A stretch of DNA of 64,000 bases. Source: Eledone cirrhosa. Taxonomy: Eukaryota. How positions within the stretch are numbered: the stretch's first letter is position 1; each line of letters starts with the position of its first letter. This document shows, piece by piece, positions 54,091-64,000 of this stretch. The translations under genes and the position numbers were made by a program. A model generated the notes under the pieces. That model saw nothing but the letters and a program-made list of their open reading frames with translations, was not told the origin of the DNA and did no database searches. The stretch spans positions 320,726,001-320,790,000 of the forward strand of contig OZ024740.1 in NCBI GenBank assembly GCA_964016885.1, given 5' to 3'.

Positions 54091-54955
54091 TATGTGAGAT
54101 AAAGCCTTTACCATGAAAATATAATAGTATATATAGAGTAATGTAAATGCTAAAGGGTTAATGTGGTTTCATGGAGTACAAAATGTTAAGAATTAATGGT
54201 TGAAGTATGTCAGTGATTTCATTTTTGCGAAATAGTCAAATGGTCTTCTTATGGACACAGTATAGACTGTTTTTTTTATGTAGTAGCATTAGCACTGTTG
54301 CATGTATGTAAAGCAACTCTTCAATCTTGGTCTTACTTGAGTCTTGCAGTGGGTTAACAACTGATGTATTTCTGTCTGTAAAGAGAAATTTTAGTTATTG
54401 TGGTGTGGTTTTGGCAATATTATATATGTGGCAGTCACCATGAGACATCATCAGAGATTGTGAGGCTTAGCATTTCTAGATACTTTTAACCTTTTTGATA
54501 CTAAACCATCTTAAACTGCTCCAGGTGATACAGAGCTCTTTATTTTAAAGTGTTTCTATTTATCTAAAAACCTTCCATTATAATTTTATGTTAGAACCTT
54601 TGTTGAGTTGTGTTCCAAACACCAGCTAAATAATGAAAAAGTTAGTTATATTACTAAATCTATTCAAATTCTTCATTATTTTTCAAAATGATTTGACAAC
54701 CGCAGGCAGTGTCTTTCATTAGAAATATAGCCCTTTAAACACGTCAGATGGATTACAATATTCATTATTACAATTACTTTGACTGTTCCCTGACAACTAG
54801 TACCAGTTTCAACATAGAATTATTTTAACGAAATATATTTAATTTGACTTGATTTTCGCCAACAAACCACGTGTGGACATGGACGGGGAAAAAGAAAAAA
54901 AAAAACAAATCACTACATCCCTTAGGCATCGCAGTAAGTACTCCACAAAACATAT

Positions 54956-55206
54956 TGTGGGTATGGTGTGGCGTGCGGTGGCCGGAAGCGGGGTAGTGCT
55001 CGACCGGAAGGGTGCTTGGCCGGAGGGATGCTCGACCGGAAGGGCCAGCAGAGGGCCTCTCTAGTGGTGACCAGCAACGGTGTGGACGCGAGTTTTGGCA
55101 GCTCCCGGTGTTAAGCAGTTGGACGCACGTGGAAGAGGAGTAACCTGCAGTGGAATTTAGCGGCGCCTATGAAAAGCAGTAAGTGAGATAGCTTTTTCTA
55201 ACCACA
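54956..55206 (+). repeat. 5' LTR
   Basis: Direct repeat of 58875-59125. Confidence 0.96.
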
Positions 55207-55332
55207 AGCTATTTCGGCACTGGAAACTGAGATCTGATTGGAAAAAAAAAAAAAAAAAAAAAAAAAAGCTACTGGAAAAACAGAGAGGAGCCTGTTGTTC
55301 TTTTTATCACGTACTGCAAGACAAATTAGAAG

Positions 55333-56073
55333 ATGGCAACAAGACTACGAACAAGCGAAGCTATCAGGGCATTTACCGGGGAAGGTCATGTTGTCGCTTG
55401 GCTGCGGAAAGTCCGGCTGGTCGCAAGCTTGCAGAAGATAGAAGATGTGGCTGGCTTCATGGCACTGTACCTCGAGGGGGACGCGTTGGTACTCTTCCTT
55501 GAGTTGGACGAACACAGCCAAAGAGATGCGCAAAAGATTGAGAGGCGCATGATAGATGCATTCGCAGAGGGACCGTTAGCAGCTTTCGCTAAGCTGGCAA
55601 GAATTAGATGGAATGGTGAGTGCGTCGACATTTTCGCAGCGGAAATAAGGCGATTGGCTATGTTGGCTGGATATCAGGTGGAATGCGAATGCACGGTGCG
55701 GTTGGCGTTCATAAATGGATTTCCAGACGACATAGCGGTGAAACTGCAGCAAGTCCCGGGTTACAAAGAAATGGAAATGCGTTCACTGGTGGGACAAGCC
55801 CGGATCATAGCAGAAGATGCCAAAAAGAGTGTCGCGGTGATAGCAACTACAGAGGCTCAAGACAGCTGGCAGCGAAATGGTGAAAGGGAGGCAACCATGG
55901 CACGCGGTCGCTGTTTTCGGTGCCAGGGCCCGCACATGGCTAGAGACTGCAGAGAGTCAAGGCCGGAAATAATATGCTACCGGTGTAAGCGACCAGGCCA
56001 CATCGCTACTAACTGCGACCAGGGAAACGATCCAAGGGGAACTACTGCGCCGGTAGTTGCTCCTTACGAGTAG
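55333..56073 (+). CDS. gag: gag, 246 aa, two CCHC zinc knuckles
   Basis: CFRCQGPHMARDC and CYRCKRPGHIATNC. Confidence 0.9.
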   Translation: MATRLRTSEAIRAFTGEGHVVAWLRKVRLVASLQKIEDVAGFMALYLEGDALVLFLELDEHSQRDAQKIERRMIDAFAEGPLAAFAKLARIRWNGECVDIFAAEIRRLAMLAGYQVECECTVRLAFINGFPDDIAVKLQQVPGYKEMEMRSLVGQARIIAEDAKKSVAVIATTEAQDSWQRNGEREATMARGRCFRCQGPHMARDCRESRPEIICYRCKRPGHIATNCDQGNDPRGTTAPVVAPYE

Positions 56074-58860
56074 AGGCGCTGCCTGTGGTGGAAGTCTTCG
56101 TGAGAGGAAAGCCACAGCGAGCCCTCGTGGACACGGGCTGAACGACACTGGTGACTGCAGGGGTGGCGCAGAGGTGGAGAGGGACGAGCAGCGTAAGGGC
56201 AGTCGACGGCAGGAAAATTGAATGCCGAGGTCGCAGCGAGATGGAAATAGCGGTACGGGGAGGGAAAATAAGGCTTTCTACCATTGTAGTTGACAACGTG
56301 GTGGATGGGATCAGCGTGGTTATGGGCATGGACACAATTGGCCGTCTAGGTGGCGTCACAGTGAACAACGTCGGTGTGTCGTTTGGCGCCGCTGCACCGG
56401 TATGCGCTGTGAGTGCGCGACAGGAGAACCAGAAGGCCCACGAGGAGAAATACCCCGCTTACACTGTGCAGGACAAAGACTTCAAGGCCGTGTTCGATGA
56501 GCAGCGATGGGTTGTTGAGTGGTACTGGAAGGGAGAACCACCAACACTGAAGACCAAAGTGGGCTGCTATCAACACACATTGAAGGGAAACATTAGGAGC
56601 GAGTTCGAGCGAGAGATAGAGAGATGGATTGAGGAGGGCATACTGCTTCCCTGGAAAGAGGAGGTGAAGTGCGGAGTATTGCTGTTAATGGCGGTGGCGC
56701 AACCCACGAAGAACAAGGTGAGGCCGGTGCTGGACTTTCGGGAGCTGAACGAGCACGTGTCATGCCACACGGGTGGCGAGGTCACGGATGTCTGTGGGGA
56801 AACCCTGCGTGAGTGGAGACGCATGATGGGGGGTTCAGCAATCGTAGATCTAAAGTCGGCATACTTGCAATTGCATATAGATGAGAAGCTCTGGCAGTAT
56901 CAGCTGGTCAGGTATAAGGGCCGGACATATTGCCTGACCAGGCTCGGTTTCGGGCTGAGCTCCGCACCGAAGATCATGGCGGCGGTCCTCAAGACCATTC
57001 TGGGAAAGGCCGACAAGATGAAGAGGGCCACTAACACCTATATTGACGACATCCTAGTGGACGAGTCTGTGGTGTTGGCGGCGGAGATCACGAGCCATTT
57101 ACAGGGGTATGGACTGGCTGCGAAGCCGTCAGAAGCGTTGGAGGGAAAAGCCACGCTGGGACTTAGGCTATGGCGAGACAGGACGGGCGTCTTGGTATTC
57201 CAGAGGGGAAATGAAGTTCCAGAACTGGGCCCAAGTATGAGTAGGCGGGAGCTTTTCTCGGTGTGTGGAAAGTTGGTGGGTCACTACCCGATTGCTGGGT
57301 GGCTCCGGACAGCATGCAGCTATATCAAGAGACGAGCGGGAGGAGTGACTTGGAGTGACAGAGTGAGAGAGAGGACGGTGGCCATGATGCAGGAGATCGT
57401 GGGGAGGGTGAAGGCCGACAACCCAGTGCGGGGACGCTGGTATGTTCCCAAATCACAGAGCGGTTGGTGCCAGCAGCATAGCGCTGGGTGTCACGTTGGA
57501 GATAGGAGGTGTTGAGGTCGAGGATGCAGCCTGGCTTAGGAAGAAGGACGACTGCAACTACATCAATGTGGCCGAACTGGACGCAGTCTTGAGAGAGGTG
57601 AACCTCGCCCTGAGGTGGGGACTGCGCACCATCGAGATACGCACCGACTCGGCTACTGTACTCGGATGGGTGAGATCAGTTCTCACCAGTGAGAAGAGAG
57701 TGCGAACGAGAGGGGCGGCGGAGATGCTGATAAAGCGCCTGAGGAACTTTAGGAGAGCTGGCCACCGAGTTCGACCTGAGGCTGAGCGTAGTTTTCGTGC
57801 CTTCAGAGAAAAATAGGGCAGACATCTTAACTAGGGTGAAGAAAGCCTGGATGGAAGCGCCGGAGGTGGTAGAAGATGAGATAGCTGCCGTGTGTCGGCT
57901 GACCGAGTCGGATCTGAAAGGGTTGCATGACATGCACCACATGGGAGTGGATAGGAGCCTGTTCCTAGCCAGGAGAATCGACTTGGACGTTAACAGACAC
58001 AGTGTTCAAAGGGTGGTTAGAGGCTGCATCCGATGTCAGTCTATTGATCCCGCCCCGGGTGTACACGAAACGGGAAGCCTCCTGGTGGATCGCGACTGGA
58101 AGCGATTGGCGGTGGATGTAACGCACTACCGACAGGGAATGTACCTCTCGATGGTCGACTGTGGACCAGGACGGATGGCGATATGAAGGGAGAGGAAGAC
58201 AGGATCGGCCGAGGAAATCATGCGGATGTTGAGAGAGGTGTTCTTGGAGCGGGGCCCCGTGGACGAACTGCTGATGGACAACAGCGCAGCATTCCGCTCG
58301 GAGGCGCTGAGGGAGATGCTCGATGGATGGAAGGTGGACCGTTTCTTCAGAGCAGCGCACAGGCCGAGCAGTAATGGAATTGTGGAGCGACACCACCGGA
58401 CGATCAAGGCAATGGCAGAGCGGGGCCATATCTCACCAATGGAGGTAGTGTTCTGGTACATGTCCTCTCGGGTGGGACAGGTCAAGGAATCGGTGCCACA
58501 CAGAGCAGTATTCAGATACGAGTGGCGGCACCCGTGCACGCCACCACAACGGCCAGTGGGGAGAGAGAGTGCATTCGTGCAGGTGGGCGAAGAAGTCTGG
58601 GTTAAGCCCCCAGATGCACGTTGCACATCTCAATGGGGAAGGGGAATGGTGACAGCCGTAAATTCCCAGAACAATGTGTCTGTGGACGGAGTACCACGTC
58701 ATGTCAGGATGTCCGTAGAATCACTGTGTCAACGGACTCCGAGGAAGAGGAAACCCAAAGTGCCGCCCCAACACTGCGGAGATCGCAAAGAAGTCGTAAA
58801 CCACCAACCTGGACAACAAACTTTCATATGCAGAAGGACGAGGGGGAAATTGATCCTTGA
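56022..58860 (+). pseudogene. pol: pol (protease, RT, RNase H, integrase), disrupted
   Basis: ALVDTG* (TGA in the protease), RPVLDFRELN, DLKSAY, RLGFGL, YIDD, AELDAV..TDS, H..HH..CxxC, AVD, MDN, NGIVER; frameshifts near 57465, 57740-57800 and 58710; TGA at 58184. Confidence 0.9.
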
Positions 58861-58874
58861 GATCAGTGGGGGCG

Positions 58875-59125
58875 TGTGGGTATGGTGTGGCGTGCGGTGG
58901 CCGGAAGCGGGGGAGTGCTCGACCGGAAGGGTGCTTCGCCGGAGGGATGCTCGACCGGAAGGGCCAGCAGAGGGCTTCTCTAGTGGTGACCAGCAACGGT
59001 GTGGACGCGAGTTTTGGCAGCTCCCGGTGTTAAGCAGTTGGACGCACGTGGAAGAGGAGTAACCTGCAGTGGAATTTAGCGGCGCCTATGAAAAGCGGTA
59101 AGTGAGATAGCTTTTTCTAACCACA
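58875..59125 (+). repeat. 3' LTR
   Basis: Direct repeat of 54956-55206. Confidence 0.96.
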
Positions 59126-59609
59126 CATATAAACAACAATATAACACAGATTTATATACATATACATACCACATGCATATACACACAAGTGAAAAGAAAC
59201 CACACTATTTCGTGTGAGACACTATACCGGCCAATCTTACGTACATTTGTAAAATATCTCTGAATATTGACTCCACTTCTAACCCACATACACCTTTTAA
59301 TTATATATATATACTAGCAGCTGAAAGTTAATAATTTAAAAAATATTATTGAAAGTTTATTATAAAGAAGCAGTATCAGGAAAAAAACGTTATTTCGCTG
59401 TTAATAAACTGTTGCCTTCTACAGTACGTGTCATTTAACTTACGCAGCATATTTATTTGTCTACATGCACAGACTCTTCTGTACACACACAACATTTAGG
59501 AAAACGGAAACAAAATACACAAAAAAAACAAACAGAAAACAGACATTTTATTTCTATCGTAATCAAGTGCGCTAAACCTAAATTGTTTACATTCTGTGTT
59601 TTTCTACGG

Positions 59610-60839
59610 ATGAGCAGAAATAACAAAATTGCCATGGTGATATCCATCGATGAAGTATGCGACAAAACTGGTCGATGTTCCAAAATAGAACATTGCCCAG
59701 AAGATCACATCTGCCATATCTGTACGGAACCCGAAAACTCGTTCCGTAATCGTTGGGTCGAATGGGGAACCTGTCACATCTCTGTCTGCCTTCAATGCGC
59801 CACAAGCTTCCAGAAGATCCCAGGCCAAAACAAGAAACAGCATATTGCTACGATGGATAGACTCTGGGAGATGGTCCAGCTAACAAACTGGTACTTTCAG
59901 TGGCTGGACTGTATGCCTGCTTCTCCCATTGCTGCGGAACAGCAACAACAAAAACCGAAGATCGTGTCTTCTACCATTGTTCCCGAACAACAACAACAAA
60001 AACCGAGGATCGCGTCTTCCTCTACCATTGTTCCTGAACAACAGCAAAAACCAACGACCGTAGCTTCTGCTACTACCCCCGTTGAAGGACTTCATCAACA
60101 ACAGCACCCCATGTCTTCCTCACCCGTTACTTTTCAACAACAACAACCGACAACTGTGTCTTCTCCTACCATGCCTGTTGAAGGAGAAGAACAAAAACCA
60201 ACCGTCAATACGGAGTTTGAGGAAATACGGCAAATGATTTCCGCTTTAAGCCAAGAAATAGTGGAAATAAAATCAAGCGTTCGTGTAGAACCCCACAATG
60301 AAGGATCTTACCTGAGTGCCTTGTTAAAAAATCTCCGCGTACCTCATGTTGAACCTAGACGCATTGAGAATGCCACTGAATCTGCAAACCACGAAGTGAT
60401 TGCCATTGGTGTACCAGAAGACATAATTGATCTTCAGGCATTTGCTGCCAGTTCATCCAAAGACCTGGGCTGTGCTCCCGCAAAGGGTGCTCTACGCCTT
60501 GGCTGACCAGGCCCGAAACCCAGGCTAATTAGACTGTCGTTTTCAAACTCAACTGAGGCATGTTCATACCTTGTAGCCTCTGATAAAGCTAGGCGTGAAA
60601 GTCGGATTGCTTTCCGAACACGCCCTGGTCTTCCACCTGATGTCTGCCCAAAGTTGTGTGCTGCAGCTTCCTTAAACCGCAGCTCGGCAGAACATGAAAG
60701 CTTCAGCCTACGAGATGATGGGCAGATATGGAAGTTTGTTAAGGCTGGCGAAACATGGAAAAGAGACACCAGCTGGTCTGAAAACACTGTACCCACAACA
60801 ACTGACAATAAAGAAACTGAAAAAACTCTGGGAAACCAA
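59610..60839 (+). pseudogene. CR1 ORF1 (in-frame TGA at 60504, probably from CGA)
   Basis: ORFs 59457..60506 and 60654..60908 are in the same frame; reading continues LG*PGPKPRLIRLSF. Confidence 0.75.
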
Positions 60840-63633
60840 ATCAGAACAACCTTCCATCTCCTGCACATAATCATAGACTGGAATCAAGGTACAAATTGTT
60901 GTCCTTGAATGCACGTAGTCTATGAAATAACATTCATCTCTTTGACTCCTACGTCAAAAGTATCAACCCTGACTTCATTACAGTCATGGAAACTTGGGCA
61001 CATCCCTTACTCTGTGATGGGGTTTTCAGCATGACTGGCTACAACCTGTTTCGTAAAGACCGCATTAATTGTGGTGGTGGTGGTGTAATGGTCTACGTTC
61101 GGTCAAATCTGTCAGCAATTCCTTGTGCTGATTTGAACCAATCACAGCAGGAAGTTTTTTTCTGCGATATATGTATGACCATGTCAACACTGTTACTTGG
61201 AGTCGTTTACCATCCCCCAAATTACCAGGAAGACAGCCACTTATGTTTTCATTGCAGGAGACTTCAATCACCCTGAGATTGACTGGGAAACCTTTCGTTG
61301 GCCGCCAAGTGCAAATGACTTCCTTGAGCTAGTGCTGGACTCGAGTTGGTCCCAGGTGGTCACCTCCCCAACAAGAGGTGACAACACTTTGGACCTACTC
61401 TTCACCACTACTCCTGAAACGGTTATTAGTGTTACTGCTGAGGAACCTTTAGGTGACTCTGATCATGCTATGATCATTGCCAATCTATCCCTCATGGGCA
61501 GTAACAAGAACCACAACCATCTCCAAACTGCTCACTTTGACTGGAATAAAGCAGACTGGAACTGTTACTGCACCGAGTTGCAACGGCCAAACTGGCTGGA
61601 GTTCTACGACTCTGGAGATGTCAACACTGTACTCCAGAACATCCTGAGCTCAATATGGACAGCATGTGCAGCATTGGTGCCACGTAAGCGGAAAAAACAT
61701 CCCAAAAGTGCAATTTGGAAGACTGCAGCAGTCCGTCTTGCCAGAAAAGAACGGCGCAATGCTGAACGTGATCAGACATTAATAGGAACGTGATCAGACA
61801 TTAATCAGACATTAATAGGAAGAAGCGAAATAGATCATCCAACCACCTCAAACAGGTGACAAAAAAGGCAGTGCTTCAATTTGAGCAGCGCATAGCAACC
61901 AGCCCTGACAGTAAGGTGTTCTGGAAGTATGTTCACTCAAAGCAGAGGCTTCACTCTCCAGTTGGTCCTCTTCGCAATCCCCACACAAGCCAGGTTACTG
62001 ACGACCCCAAGGAATGCGCAGAGCTCATTGCTGAATGCTATGGAGGCATTTTCACTATTGAAGACCAGAGTGGACCATGTCCACCACCTATGACACCGGA
62101 CTCTATTACAACCATGGAATTTACACCTGCAATGCTGCGACGTCACCTAAAAAATAAACGCAACCATGCCTCTCCTGGTCTTGATGGTGTTACGTACCTG
62201 CTTCTTAAACGTGGTGGGTACTTCCTTCTGCACCACTCACGCTTCTTCCAATTCTGTCTGAACAACAGTGCTACTCCAGAACAGTGGAAAACTGCCAGTG
62301 TCATTCCTCTGTTCAAAAAGGGTTACCGCACATCACCTGTGAACTATCGTCCAGTCAGTCTTACTAGTTGCATCGCCAAACTGATGGAATCCTGTGTCAG
62401 AGAAACACTTTGGAACATCTGGAGCTATCACAGTCTTATCCGGCCCTCGCAATTTGGATTTATCCCCAACTCCAGCTGCTGTGATCAACTTATAGAGTTT
62501 CTTGAGGACATCACCCGGATCACTAATGGCAGCTCATGGGTGGATGTTGTTTACCTTGACTTTGCGAAAGCCTTCAATTCTGTGCCACACAAAAGGCTTA
62601 TAGGCAAAACTCTCTGCAATGGGTGTGAAGGATGATCTTTTTAACTGGTTGAAGTCCTTCATTCTCAGTCGAAGAGAGGTAGTCACGGTTCTGGGACAGC
62701 ATTCCTCACCATATGAGGTGTCATCTGGTGTACCACAAGGATCTGTTCTTGGCCCCCTTTTGTTTGTGGCATATATTAATGACATAGATGCCAACTTAAA
62801 GAATGCCACGGTACTAAAGTACGCAGACGACATCAAGCTGTACCTTGAGATAAAAAGGACAGATCCTGAACACTATAGATCTTTCCTACAATCAGACCTG
62901 GACACAATGCAGCAATGGATCACAGACTGGCAACTGAAGCTGGCTGTGGACAAGTGTACCACCATGCATTTTGGGAGGAAAAAATCCAGCGTCCACATAC
63001 TCCCTCCACAACACTGATATCAAGAAGTCCTCTTGTGAACGTGACCTGGGCATTACTGTCAGCAGCGATTTGCGTTGGACAAAGTATGTCTCTAAGATTG
63101 TCAAGAAGGCCGAGGGTGTCTTGGCATCACTCAGCAAGACCTTTGTTAGCCGCTCTCCAGCCATCTATTTAAAGCTGAATACAGCTATGGTACGACCACA
63201 CTTGGAATTCGCATCATCAGTCTGGAACCCCTATCTTGCTCAGAACATTGACCTCCTGGAAACTGTTCAGAGACGTGGAACCAAGTGCGTACCCTCCATC
63301 AGACACCTACCATACTCTGAACGCCTTGCTTCCCTGGGCATGGATTCATTGAAGCTCTGACGTCTAGCAATGGACTTGGTAAACACCCACAAAGTTATTA
63401 ACCATCTCACCAACAACAACCCTGAGCACCTTTTTGATCTCCATGTGTCTAACACACGTGGACATGCCTACAAAATCAGAAAACAGCACAGCTTCCATGA
63501 CTTTCGGAAACATTTTTTCACGCTCAGAGTTGCTGAAGCATGGAACAAACTGCCTGCGTCAGTTGTTAGCTGCTGTGACACTGCATCCTTTAAAACCCTC
63601 ATGCTTCCCGAAATTCGCCAAAACTACACCTGA
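60830..63633 (+). pseudogene. CR1 ORF2 (APE and RT), several stops and frameshifts
   Basis: ORF pieces starting at 60986, 61197, 61856, 62619, 62971, 63370. Confidence 0.9.
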
Positions 63634-64000
63634 TGTACCCCTTCCATACACATGCACACATGTGTATATCATGACTCATGCACTGTTCATTTTCCTGACG
63701 TTTGTACATTACCCTATGTACTATACATACACTTTTTGATGAGTTGTATGCACCTGAGCACTGTACACAATATTATTTCATTATTATTATTATATACAGG
63801 TTGTTATAAATATAACACTTTCATTTTTTTTATATTTAGGTCTGCATTTAATTTTCTAAGATTTACACTAGCATAATCAATATTTGTGTATTTAAGCTAC
63901 TGATATCTGGTTATGAATAGTTAATATTAGGATTTATAAAAGATGCTTTTCTGCATGTATGCAATAAAGACTGAGTATTTTTATTACTTCAGATAATTCC

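Larger units (their letters stand above)
54956..59125 (+). mobile_element. Complete compact LTR retrotransposon (gag-PR-RT-RH-IN order, Ty3/Gypsy-like)
   Basis: 251-bp TG...CA LTRs at 54956-55206 and 58875-59125 (4 mismatches); CATAT duplicated at 54951-54955 and 59126-59130; purine-rich tract before the 3' LTR. Confidence 0.96.
59450..63792 (+). mobile_element. Near full-length CR1-type LINE (ORF1 and ORF2), decayed; 5' boundary approximate
   Basis: ORF1 from ATG 59610 with a Cys/His cluster and a coiled-coil-like segment; ORF2 LNARSL, ETW, GDFN, SDH, YRPVSL, DFAKAF, PQGSVLGP, YADD; (ATT)n tail at about 63778-63792. Confidence 0.93.

Noticed and set aside
57965-58996. Antisense ORFs in the LTR element
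   Set aside because: Shadow ORFs of the GC-rich pol; no recognisable motifs and no env-like features.

Overview
AT-rich, repeat-dense animal genomic DNA. The SINE/LINE families and long (TA)n tracts suggest an octopus or other coleoid cephalopod; this is an inference. I reconstructed two spliced host genes by hand, all introns GT-AG with consistent phases, arranged tail-to-tail. One is the 3' five coding exons of ADAT1, the tRNA adenosine-37 deaminase (+ strand, 1436-7607). The other is a complete 13-exon SCYL3/PACE1 pseudokinase of 769 aa (- strand, 39563-12037). The rest is mobile DNA: RTE LINEs carrying an internal PHD-type finger, CR1-type LINEs (one near full length at about 59.5-63.8 kb), and a young 4.17-kb LTR retrotransposon with 251-bp LTRs and a CATAT target-site duplication. 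There are also a Penelope GIY-YIG relic, two tandem non-autonomous Helitrons, Tc1/mariner and TTAA (piggyBac-like) MITEs, and tRNA-derived SINEs. Most notable observations: (1) a G_GGA_AAC -1 frameshift signal at the ORF1/ORF2 junction of the CR1 LINE, the same heptamer as at the LTR element's gag-pol junction, where it is followed by a pseudoknot; (2) the LTR element has no recognisable tRNA primer site but has a putative intron across its leader; (3) fold-back inverted repeats on both sides of an ADAT1 exon, one a perfect 141-bp pair; (4) a MITE split by a possible CR1-mediated 3' transduction.
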